A stretch of DNA of 63,164 nt, filler included, from Octopus bimaculoides (lineage: Eukaryota), in the NCBI RefSeq assembly GCF_001194135.2. It is 7 parts of 6 records of this genome, joined end to end, with 100 filler letters (N's around TTAATTAATTAA, not from the genome) between each part and the next. Parts side by side here need not be neighbours in the genome. Positions count along the whole stretch, not along the records: positions 19,072 to 33,735 come from NC_069004.1; positions 33,836 to 36,969 come from NC_068993.1; positions 37,070 to 41,541 come from NC_068981.1; 4 more parts are not named here. One strand, written 5' to 3'. The notes under the pieces are model-generated. The model saw only the letters and a list, made by a program, of their open reading frames with translations, was not told where the DNA came from and did no database searches. The position numbers and the translations under genes are program-made. How positions within the stretch are numbered: the first letter of the stretch is position 1; every line of letters starts with the position of its first letter. Below are positions 24,635 through 38,659 of the stretch, piece by piece.

Positions 24635-26149
24635 NNNNNNNNNNNNNNNNNNNNNNNNNNNNNNNNNNNNNNNNNNNNNNNNNNNNNNNNNNNNNNNNNN
24701 NNNNNNNNNNNNNNNNNNNNNNNNNNNNNNNNNNNNNNNNNNNNNNNNNNNNNNNNNNNNNNNNNNNNNNNNNNNNNNNNNNNNNNNNNNNNNNNNNNNN
24801 NNNNNNNNNNNNNNNNNNNNNNNNNNNNNNNNNNNNNNNNNNNNNNNNNNNNNNNNNNNNNNNNNNNNNNNNNNNNNNNNNNNNNNNNNNNNNNNNNNNN
24901 NNNNNNNNNNNNNNNNNNNNNNNNNNNNNNNNNNNNNNNNNNNNNNNNNNNNNNNNNNNNNNNNNNNNNNNNNNNNNNNNNNNNNNNNNNNNNNNNNNNN
25001 NNNNNNNNNNNNNNNNNNNNNNNNNNNNNNNNNNNNNNNNNNNNNNNNNNNNNNNNNNNNNNNNNNNNNNNNNNNNNNNNNNNNNNNNNNNNNNNNNNNN
25101 NNNNNNNNNNNNNNNNNNNNNNNNNNNNNNNNNNNNNNNNNNNNNNNNNNNNNNNNNNNNNNNNNNNNNNNNNNNNNNNNNNNNNNNNNNNNNNNNNNNN
25201 NNNNNNNNNNNNNNNNNNNNNNNNNNNNNNNNNNNNNNNNNNNNNNNNNNNNNNNNNNNNNNNNNNNNNNNNNNNNNNNNNNNNNNNNNNNNNNNNNNNN
25301 NNNNNNNNNNNNNNNNNNNNNNNNNNNNNNNNNNNNNNNNNNNNNNNNNNNNNNNNNNNNNNNNNNNNNNNNNNNNNNNNNNNNNNNNNNNNNNNNNNNN
25401 NNNNNNNNNNNNNNNNNNNNNNNNNNNNNNNNNNNNNNNNNNNNNNNNNNNNNNNNNNNNNNNNNNNNNNNNNNNNNNNNNNNNNNNNGTATCATCATCA
25501 TCATCATCATCCTTTAACGTCCGCTTTCCATGCTAGCATGGGTTGGACGATTTGACTGAGGACTGGTGAAACCGGATGGCAACACCAGGCTCCAATTTAA
25601 TTTGGCAGAGTTTCTACAGCTGGATGCCCTTCCTATACATAGCGTATATTTTCAGCACATGGTGAGGTGTTTTGCCATCCCTTGTTATAATTATGTATAC
25701 TAGCTGGACGTGTAAAAAATTCACGGAAAACATAAAAAATGAAAGCATCTGTAAACAGTGTGCTGGTGTCATGAGAAATGTTTGTATATTATGACTGTCT
25801 GTCTTTATGTTTGGAGTTCAATTTCTGCCAAGGTCGACTTTGCCTTTTGTCCTTTCAGGGTCAATAAATTAAGTACCAGTAGTATACTGGGTCGATCTTA
25901 TCAACTGCCCCCCCCCACACCCCCAAAAAATTTCAGGCCTAGGAAAGTATATTGTGACAGTTACAGAATATAGAAAGTAATGTAACACCAATGTGTAACT
26001 GAGATTGATATTTTGGTTGGATTTATAATCCAACCAAAATATCTGAGTTACACAAACATAGATGGAATTACTATTTAATTTTAGAATACATCATACATAT
26101 TCAAAGAACTTTCATGGTTTAATGGTACAGAATGTTTTTCTGGCATTCT

Positions 26150-26375
26150 TTTATTCTTTTACTTGTTTCAGTCATTTGACGGTGGCCATGCTGGAGCACC
26201 ACCCTTTAATCAAAGAAATTGAACCCTGGACTTAATCCCTATAAGCCTGGTGCTTATTCTATCAGTCTCTTCTGCTGAACAGCTAAATTACAGGGACGCA
26301 AAGACACCAACATTGGTTGTCAAGCAATGGTGGTTGGGGGACAAACACACACAAAGACGCACACATACATATGAC
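26150..26375 (-). mobile_element. SINE 3' part (major family)
   Basis: cttttacttgtttcagtcatttgac..ggccatgctggagcacc...cttattctatcagtctc. Confidence 0.7.
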
Positions 26376-27638
26376 GGGCCTGGAGGTAGTGGTGAGGCTG
26401 GCTGGTGTGATTTTGTGGTTTGCTGGTATGCCGAGAAAGATCCAGTGGGCCCCTAACTGGTTCCCCGATCTTAAAGGTGTAATGTGGTTGTGTAATGATA
26501 ACACATCAACAAATGAGCCAGAAATTCTAACTTAAAAAATGTAGAAAGAAAAAGACAACGTCGTATCTCGAAGCCAAAAGATTTTTTTTAGCCAAGGAAT
26601 AATTTTATAATGAAAACAAATTCAAAATTTAAATTTTGGAGCAAATCACCATGTTTTTTTATGTATGGCTGCAGTTGAAATGGGTTAAAACAGATGTGTG
26701 TGTGGTTGGGACTTTAATGGCAGTTTAAGGTCAGTCGCAGAAAGGAATTCAAAATGGCAACACTGTCGTTGTTGTTGTTGCTGTGATGGTAGTGGTGGTG
26801 ACGATGGTTTTGATACAAACATACACATATACAAACACATACCTAGAGACAGGCAGACAGACAAACAGTGTCAGATAGTCCACAATGAAGTCTTCACCTC
26901 TCTCTCTCTTTCTCACCCTCTCTTCCTACCTATTGCTTTGCCACTGACTGGAATTGTAATTGTGTCTTCAAGCTCTGTCTCTCTCTCTCTTTCTCTTGCT
27001 ATTAAAACAACAAATATCCAAAATGATTCAGTGTTTCAAATTGAAAAACACATACGAATGTATTAGACAGTTTTTGATTAGGATACAATATCCAGTATTT
27101 GCTGTGGTTGAAAACACAAAACAAACACCACAATCCTTTGAGTCACCACTCACTCCTCTCTCATATATATCTGTCTAGAGTTGTAGCTGTAATTCAAAGT
27201 TGTAGTCATATTCTGTGTGAGGCTGAATCTCCCTGAGAACTACGTTAATGATATGCATGTCTGTGGAGTACTCAACCATTTGTGAGTTAATTTTATCCTC
27301 GTGTGCTAATGAAAAGTGAAATTGACATCCAATATTTGCTGTGTGTATGTATCTATGTATGAACCTTTCTTTGGAATTATGTATCTACTGTCTCTCTCAC
27401 TTTCTCTCTTTCTCTTTCACTTCCTTTGTGCTCCTCTTCGCTCCTGCTTTTGATTTAACAATGTGTATATGTATCTATGTATCTACTTCTCTTGCAACGA
27501 ACGCCGTCACCACTCACTATCTCTTTCACTCTCTCATTTTCTCTCTCCCTCTCTCTCACTTTGCCACTTCTTTGAAGTGTGATGCACACAACTACATACA
27601 AAAATAAAAAATTAGTGTACTAATATTATTGATATGTC

Positions 27639-27701
<63 letters not shown>

Positions 27702-27879
27702 GCAAATCAAAAATAAAGACAAAAGTGTCAAAAGGACGCACATAATATTATGTTGATGCTCAGTTTAAGGTGGAAAAAGAGGGTGTGTGTGTGTGGCATC
27801 TCGAGCATGGCTCTTTGTTGGAAACAGGATAGGTCAGGAAAGAAGGAAAAGGATAGTCAGAGGAAAACAAGTATGGTTA

Positions 27880-28040
27880 CATGGCTACACGCACACACAA
27901 TAGACTTCTTTCAGCTTCCCCTCACAAGGCTTTTGTTGGCCTGGCACTATAGTAGAAGACATTTGTTCAAAGTGCTATTTAGTGGGACTGAATCGGGAAC
28001 CATGTAGTTGGGCAGGAAAGCTCCTTACCACACAGCAATG
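27880..28040 (-). mobile_element. SINE (major family), degenerate
   Basis: ttctttcagcttcc...cactatagtagaagacatttg...gtgggactgaatcgggaacc. Confidence 0.65.
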
Positions 28041-28714
28041 TCTGTCCATAATTGTTTAATAGGTTTGATATTTGCTTGATAGTGAAGCAAAAGCCAGTGC
28101 TAGTCCATTGTGGTCTTTTGTTAGCCAGTTTACAGCTGGTTCTCCTACACTTTGCAGCTGTGTCTTGAATGTCATTAGACAACTTTTGCATATTTGTACT
28201 TTAGTTGAAATCTAAGTCTTGTTATTTAAATACAGCAGCAAAATGAATAGTAGAAAAGCTTGAATCAATGAGTAATAAGAAAAATGAACTTTTATTGTCA
28301 GTACTTCAGGAGTGCCCTTGTGAATTGTTTGTGAAACTAGTTTCTCCTACCATAAAAAAAGAAAAGATCTTAACAGGATACTACTAAATACAACTTCAGT
28401 CTAAGACAGAAGGAAAACTGAAGCCAGAGCTGGATAAAGAAAAAAGAGCAAAAATCAAAAGACACTGAAATAGATTTGTTGAAAGTTGTGAAACTTTGAC
28501 AATGAAAGAGGCATCCTATGAAATTGTTTAACATTGACCCCAAAAAATTGATGGAGAAATTGTTTAACATTGACCCCCAAAAATTGATGGAGAAGAAATT
28601 GTTACAATGTCTAAGTATTTGTAAGATGTCTCAGTAATAAAGATATTGAAAGAAAAGTAGTTAAGAGAACACTGAAGAACTCTCATGACACATATTTTAT
28701 AAATTTGAACAAGA

Positions 28715-29035
28715 AGTTTGCTTCTCAACCACCACATGGTTCTGGGTTCAGTCACACTGCATGGCACCTTGGGCATGTGTCTACTATAGCTTTGGGTTGA
28801 CTAAAGCCTTGTGAGTGGATATGGTAGATGGAAACTGAAAGAAGCCTGTCATGTGTGTGTGCAGTTATCTCCCCCCACTGCTTGACAACCAGTGGTGGTT
28901 AGTGGTTTGGCAAAATAGACCAACAGAATAAGTACCAGGCTTTAAAAAGAAATAAGTACTGGGGTTGATTCATTTCACAATATTACTGAAGGTAGTGCCC
29001 CAGCATGGCCGGAGTCTAATGACTAAAACAAGTAA
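28715..29035 (+). mobile_element. SINE (major family), near full length
   Basis: gggttcagtc...ggcaccttgggc...aaagccttgtgagtggat...gaaactgaaagaagcc...ccagcatggcc...aaacaagtaaaa. Confidence 0.75.
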
Positions 29036-30627
29036 AAAGTTTCTATGTTTAGAAGAATCGATTAAAATATGGTGAAAAGAATTAGGTCATTAGAAACTTG
29101 TTATCAAGATTTTGCAAAACAAGGATGGCATAAACCTATTTTTTCACTTAGGGAATGACAATGTTATCAGCCACTCTGATGGGCATGATGGTAAGGAGTC
29201 ACCTAAATCATTTAATTCCTGTGTGAAACTTATTTGTAAGATTAGCTGAAAGGGGTCTACAAAACTTTACATTATTAAAATTACTACACACACACATATG
29301 TATTCTTGTTTTTATACTATTCATTTGATTCTTTATAGATTATTTTAATAGATAACTTATTTAACACTATATTATTTAGAAGTTATAGTTTCATTTCAAC
29401 ATATTAGAACTTCGATTGGAATAGTGTTGATATATTTTCGATTATTTTTGATTAATTACTAATCTTTATAGTTTATAATATCGTTAAAGTTTTTTTTAAA
29501 TCAAAACTTTGTATATATATATAAAGTTTAACCTTTTATTCTTAATAATTTTTTCTTTCCTAATTTTTTCATTCATAATTTTTTCCATTCATAATTTTTT
29601 CATTCATATTTTTTATTATTACGTTTGTANNNNNNNNNNNNNNNNNNNNNNNNNNNNNNNNNNNNNNNNNNNNNNNNNNNNNNNNNNNNNNNNNNNNNNN
29701 NNNNNNNNNNNNNNNNNNNNNNNNNNNNNNNNNNNNNNNNNNNNNNNNNNNNNNNNNNNNNNNNNNNNNNNNNNNNNNNNNNNNNNNNNNNNNNNNNNNN
29801 NNNNNNNNNNNNNNNNNNNNNNNNNNNNNNNNNNNNNNNNNNNNNNNNNNNNNNNNNNNNNNNNNNNNNNNNNNNNNNNNNNNNNNNNNNNNNNNNNNNN
29901 NNNNNNNNNNNNNNNNNNNNNNNNNNNNNNNNNNNNNNNNNNNNNNNNNNNNNNNNNNNNNNNNNNNNNNNNNNNNNNNNNNNNNNNNNNNNNNNNNNNN
30001 NNNNNNNNNNNNNNNNNNNNNNNNNNNNNNNNNNNNNNNNNNNNNNNNNNNNNNNNNNNNNNNNNNNNNNNNNNNNNNNNNNNNNNNNNNNNNNNNNNNN
30101 NNNNNNNNNNNNNNNNNNNNNNNNNNNNNNNNNNNNNNNNNNNNNNNNNNNNNNNNNNNNNNNNNNNNNNNNNNNNNNNNNNNNNNNNNNNNNNNNNNNN
30201 NNNNNNNNNNNNNNNNNNNNNNNNNNNNNNNNNNNNNNNNNNNNNNNNNNNNNAAATTTCTTTTCTATTTGAAAATTGGTTATGAAACACGTGTAATCTT
30301 TTTATTATATTTATCTTATGATATTTACTTTACTTTATATTATACTCATTTATTGTGCTTTTAATTATTAATTTTTCTATATGTGATAGTGGATTTTCAT
30401 CGATGAGTTCTTGAAAATTGGTTATTTTCCCTAAAACTATATATATTTTATATATACTTTATCTATAAGGCTCAATTTAATTTTAATTTTTTATAAATTG
30501 ATTTTAATTGAGTTTTTTACCTGTAATTTTGGATTTTGTCCCTAATAATATTATTATATATATATATATATATATACATACACATATATAGACATACATA
30601 TTGATTGTGTTAATGTGTGTTATTCTA

Positions 30628-30855
30628 ATAACCCTTTAGCATTTAAACCATTCTTATCCGGTCCAAATATTTTATCTGTTTTCTGCACAGACTGGCCATA
30701 TTCAGCCTCTCACACCTACTCTATGATGTCAAACTAAAAATAAACAAGCACATCATCAAAATCTAAGCACAAAAAGATGATGCATGACAAATTCAAAACA
30801 AAGTGAATACATGAATATTACGTTACGGAAACTAATCTGAATAATAAAGGGTTAA
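30628..30855. mobile_element. TTAA-bounded MITE
   Basis: taaccctttagcattt...aataataaagggttaa. Confidence 0.65.
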
Positions 30856-32324
30856 ACACGACTCAAATACGATGTGTTTTAATATTCAAACATTTTCCCT
30901 GTTCATGAACAATGCAACACTGAAGGAGGGAAGTTCACACGCACACACACACTTGTAGGTAAAAGAAGTGAGAGCCCACAAGGATGTCATCTTAATAATA
31001 AGTCAAGGTCACTGCAGACACTCCCATTTTTCCCTAAAGTCCATGACCCTTACCATGGTTACCAGATATCACACCCCTTCCATCTCTGTTAGTTTCATTC
31101 TATAAGTCTTTGACAATCACCCCTACTTCCAGTCAGTGCAGTCAAGGCTACATTGCTCACCACCAGGAGAATTAATACTACTTTTATTCTGTTACTAGTC
31201 TTACAATTACCATCACTACCACCACCTCCATCACTATTACTCAAATAACCACTGCTACTACAATTATCATCATCATTACTACTAAAATTGCAACTACAAT
31301 TACCACATTTGTCATTACTACTATCACCACCACCACCACCACCACCACCATTTCAACTAACATTGCTATAAATATAAGGCAGGAAGGGAATGTACATGTT
31401 TCTATATGTGAATGTATGTGTGTGTGTGTGAAAGAGTGAGAGAGAAAGACAGAGAGATTGAGTGAGACGGGTGGAGAGGAGCAGTTAGAATCTGAAATAC
31501 TTATCTGCCATTACAATTGCACCAAACCAAAAGTATGTCCTGTCAGTACCATTTTCACATAATTACTGCCAGGAATGTCAAACTCTTTAACTATTCTCAC
31601 CTTGTAATAACTAACAGCCAGCTGCTACACACAGCCTCAGATATAGCTTCCCCCTTCAGTTGGATCGAGCATCACTTTTCAACAATCAGTATTCCTGTTG
31701 TTACCTACTCATTTACTAATAATGCTAAGTGGCTCAGTATTCTACAGGCCTTTGTGCCCTTAATGTAAAACACAAGCACAAGAAGTATACGCTAGAAGAG
31801 GTTTGTACATCACACATACTTGCACATTTCACAATTTCCATGGAAACTTAGTATAATATTGCATGTGGCTGAGTATTTCATAGACACTAGCATTCTTTAA
31901 TGCAGTACACAAGTGGACTCAGCATGACAAAGCTGGCCCTTTGAAATACACTTAACCTTCCAAGAGGCTTCGATACAGTTTCTGTTGACTCACTTTCACT
32001 CACAAGACTTGAGTCGATGCTAGATGATGCCTGTTCAAATGCTGTGCAGCTGAATTGAGATTGGTACCTTCAGGATTGCAAATTGATTTTGTAACCATTT
32101 GTGTGATTTGAAACTGTTCTGTACAATTGGTCAGGATCACAGACTACAGAAATGGAAATGTCTGGAGTGACAGTGACTTTTGGTCAGTTAACTGATCAGA
32201 ACATATTTTGGATTCCACCAATGGAAAGTGATTTCCAAAACAACCAAAAACATGACCAAATGAGCCACTCAACAAACAATATGCATGGGGAAAATCTTCA
32301 ATGTCAGCCGTTTAATATTAGAAA

Positions 32325-33185
32325 CCATCACCATCATTTAATATCCACGTTCCATGCTGGAATGAGTCAGACAGTTTAACGGATCTGTTGTGACTAAGTA
32401 TGATCCAGTATCTGCTTTAGCATGGTTTCTACAGTTGGATGCCCTTCCTAACATAAGCCATTAAACAGCATGTACTGGATGTTTTTTTTCTTTTTTGTGC
32501 CACGAAGCGGCTTGCCAGATTGTGCACTCCAAGAGAAGGGGTGATTGGTTTTATGCTAGGGGTTGAGGGGTTAAAGTATGACAGAGGAGGAGCAAGCAGG
32601 TTCTTGTAGAACGGCTGCATGGTCATTAACATTTAGTAGGGGAGTAGGAGAGGCAGAAAGTGATCAGTAGCAGCTGCAAAAAGATAAAATATGGAAAGGT
32701 AAAAAAAAAAAAGTATATATTTCAAACAGAGACTGTAGGTATCTTGGTTTTAGAAATAGTGCATCATGACTCATATCATATGGAGCAAATAAAAGAGTCA
32801 ACAACAAGAAGGGTGGCCAGATGTAAAATTCTGGCTGGGTAACTTTGATGACTATTGTTATGGGGTTTGCAAGGCTGTTCCTTGTTTTAGTGTGGCAAAT
32901 GATCTTAAAACAATAGTTGTTCATTCAATGTCCATGTTTCCATGCTGGCAAGGTTTGGATGGGAACTGATGTTGATGCTAGATTTTATGGCCTAATGCTC
33001 ATTCTGTTGCCAACCCTAAAATGTGTTTTTGATAAGGGATTTAGATTTCAAATATTTTTTAACCATTACATACTTGGTACCACAAGGGCCAGTAGGAAGA
33101 AGGCTGTTAGGCAACAGAGGTTGCCTCAAGATGGCCGTCATCATCGTTTAACGTCTTCCTTCCATGCTGGCATGGGTTGGAGTGT
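32325..33185 (-). mobile_element. Cluster of three degenerate RTE 3' UTR copies (~32325, ~32920, ~33138)
   Basis: ttccatgctgg.atg and ctacagttggatgcccttcctaac motifs. Confidence 0.6.
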
Positions 33186-33518
33186 TTGAACAGGAGGCGC
33201 AAACCCTGGAAGGGGCAGTGTTGACTGGACAAAAGCTGGGGCTTGATCAATCCTACCTGAGTCATCTAATGATCCTCCAGGAAACATCACTGACAATATG
33301 TCAAGGTGCATCACAGTATGATGCATATAAAAAAAGTTCAAGAATTTTTTAATGTTTTGAAATAAAAGAAGGTAATTTTCCAGAGTAACCTAAAAGAAAA
33401 GGGGCTTTTAGATTCTTGTGTTCTAGAAACAAGAGGCTGAAAAAACTGAAAGCAGTGCCCCAGAAAGGATGCATTCCAATAACTGAAACCAGTATAAGGA
33501 TAAGAGAGAGAGAGAGAG

Positions 33519-33562
<44 letters not shown>

Positions 33563-33565
33563 TGA

Positions 33566-33735
33566 AGGCGCATGGCTCAGTGGTTAAAGCGTCGAGCTTA
33601 CGACCGTGAGGTTGTGAGTTCGAATCCCGGACCGGGTTGCGTGTTGTGTTCTTGAGCAAGACACTTTACTTCACGTTGCTCCAGTTCATTCATCTGTGGA
33701 AATGAGTTGCAACATCACAGGTGCCAAGCTGTATC
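33566..33735 (+). mobile_element. tRNA-derived SINE with intact Pol III A and B boxes
   Basis: A box tggctcagtgg, B box gttcgaatcc, then the gtgttcttgagcaagacactt core; no acceptor stem or CCA, so not a tRNA gene. Confidence 0.85.
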
Positions 33736-33849
33736 NNNNNNNNNNNNNNNNNNNNNNNNNNNNNNNNNNNNNNNNNNNNTTAATTAATTAANNNNNNNNN
33801 NNNNNNNNNNNNNNNNNNNNNNNNNNNNNNNNNNNTATATATATGTACA

Positions 33850-34075
33850 TTCTGGCGTGTCTGTGTTTGTCCACCCCCCGCTCAAGCGTCGCTTGAAATC
33901 GATTTTTGTGTGTTTATGTCCCTCTCATTAGCTTTTCAGCAAAGGAGACCGATAGAAGAAGTACTAGGCTTACAAAGAATAAGTTTTCGGGTCGATGTGC
34001 TCGACTAAAGACGATGACCAGCATGACCGCAGTCAAATGACTGAAACAAGTAAAAGAATAAAGGAATATAAAAGA
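33850..34075 (+). mobile_element. SINE 3' part (major family)
   Basis: gcaaaggagaccgatagaagaagtactaggcttacaaagaataag...cagtcaaatgactgaaacaagtaaaaga. Confidence 0.75.
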
Positions 34076-35339
34076 ATATATGATCATATTTTCAGGAGCC
34101 GAAAGAATCAGGTGTTTAAATAGTAAAAGCACCAAAGTAAAGTCGGGTATAACGCACCTGTTCACTAACAGTTTGTACGGACAATCCATACTTCACTAAA
34201 GTAAATACGGAATTGGCGTTCGAGTTATGCATACATCCACACGCACTGACTGAATCCCCATGTCATCAATGTCACACATGGATACACTCACTGCACGTAC
34301 TCCACAGTCGACAATAAACTCCAGATCCAAACTTATGGAAGGTTCGGAATTAGGTGAAGAATAAAGAAATAATGCAAATGTGTTGTACACACATACACAC
34401 TCAAACTCACGCACGCACATACAAACATACATGCATACATACATACATACATACATACACACACACATATATCATATATACATAAATACATACAAACACA
34501 TATACATATATCTATCTATATATATATATTTATATATATANNNNNNNNNNNNNNNNNNNNNNNNNNNNNNNNNNNNNNNNNNNNNNNNNNNNNNNNNNNN
34601 NNNNNNNNNNNNNNATATATATATATATATATAAATACGCATAAACACATTGCTTGTAATTACCTGTATATATTGCAATGTTAAGCATTTCGGGTATCAC
34701 AGCACCCTCTTAGTAAGTGTAGTTTATAGACAACAAAGAAGAAAGAACCTTCTAGCTACCTATAATGGGAAGTCCTACTATAAATTCATGTCTTACTGTA
34801 TCATATATGCATTACCATAGAAGCATACTAATTGGCCATGGAATCAGTTAATCTTTATTGCTTTAAGGTCAGATTACTTCAGTCATGCCGAGAATTTCTT
34901 GGGTTTAATGGACACACTAAAGCATGCTCATATATATATGGAGTACAATATACACATTGCATAGATATAACATAGTTACGTATGAGCTGTACGGATGCTT
35001 TGTCGCCTTGCAAACAATAGGTTTTCGAAGAATATAAATCTACAAATAATGTGTTTTATTTAGAAATAAATAAAAGCACAATCAGTGAAAATGAATTTTC
35101 GATAGCCTATTTGATACCTTGTACAATGTCATAGCATTTATTTTGTATCTTGCCACAAATACAACGTACTCTGCAATGTTCATACGGAATAAAATACTTC
35201 GCGTGGTTACAAATTGCCTGTAAACATAATCGTGATCAAACCATATTGTATATTACAGATATTAAAATGTGGAGAGAAAATAACCCAAAAGTCTCAGAAC
35301 ATCAGTATATATTAATTGAAATATATAAAACACATATGC

Positions 35340-35352
35340 ACACACACACGCA

Positions 35353-35394
<42 letters not shown>

Positions 35395-35845
35395 AACACA
35401 CGTTCATGTACGTCTCTATGCATGTAGGTTAAACATAATTATTGCAAGTATTTCTGTACGTATATGTTGTAAATTACCCATCGCGTGTAACATAGAATTG
35501 CATTAAATTACGAAAGATGTAGTTTGATTAAATATTCACTAACAAACCATGGAACTGATGCTGCATGCTTATGCTGATATTCATGTAATTACATATATAT
35601 CAAGATAAGTATGCAGCATCAGTTCCATGTTTTGTTAGTGAATATTTAATCAATCTACATCTTTTGTAATCTAATACAGTTCTATGTTACATGCGACGGG
35701 TAATTCAGAATGTAAAAGTACGCACATATATACGATAATTAAGCTTAACTTACATGCGTACTGACGTACATGAACGTATGTGTGTGTGTGTATATATGTG
35801 TGAGTGTGTGTGTGTGTGTGTTTGCGTTTGTGTGTATACACACAC
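35340..35845. repeat. ~500-bp imperfect palindrome centred on atgtaattacat (35583-35594)
   Basis: Left arm ...tcactaacaaaccatggaactgatgctgcat pairs with right arm atgcagcatcagttccatgttttgttagtga; pairing extends out to (CA)n/(TG)n. Confidence 0.92.
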
Positions 35846-36674
35846 ATACACAATACTATAGCTTGCTCCATATTTTTTTTTAAAGACCTTGCCCTGCAAT
35901 TCATTTATTTTATTAGGTTCGCTCTAGCTGCAAGGATTAACATTACTTATACTACTTATGGCGATAGAATGAGGTGGAAATAGAAATTAAAGCTATCGAA
36001 AATGATGGAGTAATATTGTCGTGGAAGTTTTCTACAGAAACTGAAGAAAAGCACAGCAGACCAGATATAAGAAATTATGTTACAATCTATAACAGTCTAT
36101 GTTCATTTCCCACCAGACTAAAAGAAAAATAAGGCTTTATACTAACTTGTCATGTGAATTCTTCAAATGTTGGTACAATACATGATATAGCCCATCAATC
36201 TTGGCCCTTGGAACCATGTCAAACAATATTTCAGAACCATCCTGGAAGACTGCGACATAATCTGGGACTATTCAGCAAAAATTATCCGAATAGTTCTTAG
36301 TGTAATGTGAAGAAGATATGTGGAACAGAAAAATATCGGTAAAAGGCTCAAAATACTCTCCATCCTACAACAACAGTTGTTCCGAAAAATGATACGAATA
36401 CAATTCACATGAAATGTACATTACATGAATACCCAATAAAATAACACAGCGTACATTACATACTCCACACAAAACACAACAAAACACTAAAAAATACAAA
36501 CGTTTCGAAAATCAGATATCAAAATAAAATGATGCACTACGACAATAAGAAAAATCGATATATATTTAACAAACACAAAAACGCTTCCTTAATAATAATA
36601 ATACTAGTAATAATAATAATAATAATAATAATAATGATAATAATAATAATAATAATAATAAGCGCCGAGGCCGT

Positions 36675-36969
36675 GTTAAGAACTGTTTTTTGGTTACCAT
36701 GGATGTTTCCTCCTTATATCCTAATATTGACCACAATGAAGGAGTAGAAGCATGCATGGATGCCTTTGAAAAGCGGTCAAATAAAAGTGTTCCAACAAAT
36801 TTGCTCTGTAGATTATTGAGGTTTGTGTTAGAAAGTAACACAATGCAGTTTCGACAAAGATTCTACCACCAGACGAAGGTTTGCGCCATGGGTACCCCCA
36901 TGGCAGTTAATTTCGCTAATGTCTTTATGACAAATTTTGAGACAAAGTTACTGAAGACATTCAAATCCC
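36675..36969 (+). mobile_element. Penelope-like element RT fragment
   Basis: LVTMDVSSLYPNIDH...FYHQTKVCAMGTPMAVNFANVFMTNFE, PLE-type RT motifs; runs into a gap. Confidence 0.88.
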
Positions 36970-37272
36970 NNNNNNNNNNNNNNNNNNNNNNNNNNNNNNN
37001 NNNNNNNNNNNNNTTAATTAATTAANNNNNNNNNNNNNNNNNNNNNNNNNNNNNNNNNNNNNNNNNNNNAACTACACGCGTGCCGTTGGCGATTACTTCA
37101 CCCTCTTTGGTCTTTTTCCTTTCCCTTTCTGACGAAGAACTCTGCTTGAAACGTCTGACTCTCTCATTTCACCAAGCGTCTTTCTTATTCGTTTCCTGTG
37201 TACGTCCACACGTTTGTTTTCTTTTTTTCGTTTTTTTATTCGTTCATTTGAACTGTGTGTTTAATTGAACTG

Positions 37273-37309
<37 letters not shown>

Positions 37310-37604
37310 ACAGAGAGAGAGAGACAGAGATTGCATGGCTATGGTAGAAAGGGAAAAGTGAGAGAGCACGGTAAAGAGACTTAAATTCATTCATACAACC
37401 ATAGAAATTTACTCACACGCACATATGCATTAATTCGTCTTTATGTAATGTAATCTTATGTGCAAGTATTGATGCATATATGCGTTAATGTTCACACGGA
37501 TTCTCCTCTCTCTTTTTTTCTTTCTTTCTTTGTTTCACACACATACATACACATATGTATATATACATATAAGTGTAAAGGATAAAGAGTAAAGAACCCC
37601 TCCG

Positions 37605-37900
37605 GTCATAAATAACCATGGTACTCCACCTAGAAATTTAATCTCTGAGGCATAAGTCCGAGCAAGATTGTTTATGGAAGATCAGAAGTCACCCGTGCAT
37701 ACCAGCCTTCCCTCTGCACGCCACCGATGTTATCCAAGGGAAGGCAAAGGACGATACAGCTTGGCACCAGTGAGGTCGCAATTCATTGCAGCAGCTGAGT
37801 GAACAGGAGGAACGAGAAATTATGTATCTTACTCAAGAAAGCTAAACAAAGCCTGGTCCGAGTATTGAACCCATTACCTCTAACCACTGAGACATGTGCC
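37605..37900 (-). mobile_element. SINE of the 33566 family, degenerate
   Basis: gatacagcttggcacc is the reverse complement of ggtgccaagctgtatc at 33720-33735; cctctaaccactgagacatgtgcc head remnant. Confidence 0.7.
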
Positions 37901-38051
37901 TTATCCGGACTTGTGCCTCGGAAGGGAACTTTTTAGGTGCAATCCTATTGTTATTTATGATCAAAGGCAGCCTTACTCTTTAATATTACTATATTATATC
38001 AATATATTATATTATTGTTGCTAGACACACATATATTTACATGCATGTACA

Positions 38052-38084
<33 letters not shown>

Positions 38085-38659
38085 TTATATATTATAATAT
38101 ATATATATATATATATATATCATATTATATTTATATACGTACACGTATACATATATATGTGTGTGTGTTGATACATAGATGGATAGCCTATTTTATACCT
38201 CTACGTACAATTACGTGTGTGTGTGTGTGTGTGTGTGTGTGAGTGTGTATGCGTGTGTGTGCGTGCGTGCATGCATGTTATGAATCTTGTAAGTCCCATT
38301 ATTCTCCTGTACTCTTGTCCATCGTTGACACCAACAGACGAATATTATTATCATATTACGAAAATATACTTTAGAGCTAACCATACATTACTTCTTTACG
38401 GGCGTACCTTAATCACTTTTCTAAATTTTTCATTTTAAAAATCTGCTGCTGTCTAAATTTTCGTTCAACCTCCCGAACTGTCACTTCTCAACAATCAGTA
38501 ATTATCTCTAAATTTATGTTTTAAAGCAGTATTTGTAACACAATTTTAGAGATAACTATTAACAACATATGAACCATCACCTTTTACTTTCCATTGTTGT
38601 GTCGTTACAGCTGATGAGAGAGACAAAAATGTGATACTTGGTACATGTTGATCTATAAT

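Noticed and set aside
24415-25633. Identical RTE tail copies on both sides of a gap
   Set aside because: They share the same private variants and flank one gap; probably redundant contig ends, although a true tandem copy is not excluded.
28520-28603. 36-bp tandem duplication
   Set aside because: Ordinary slippage product with no further structure.
33566-33640. Apparent tRNA gene
   Set aside because: A and B boxes are present but there is no acceptor stem, and it continues into a SINE core.
36280-36600. Possible decayed GIY-YIG region upstream of the Penelope RT
   Set aside because: Too degenerate to support by eye.
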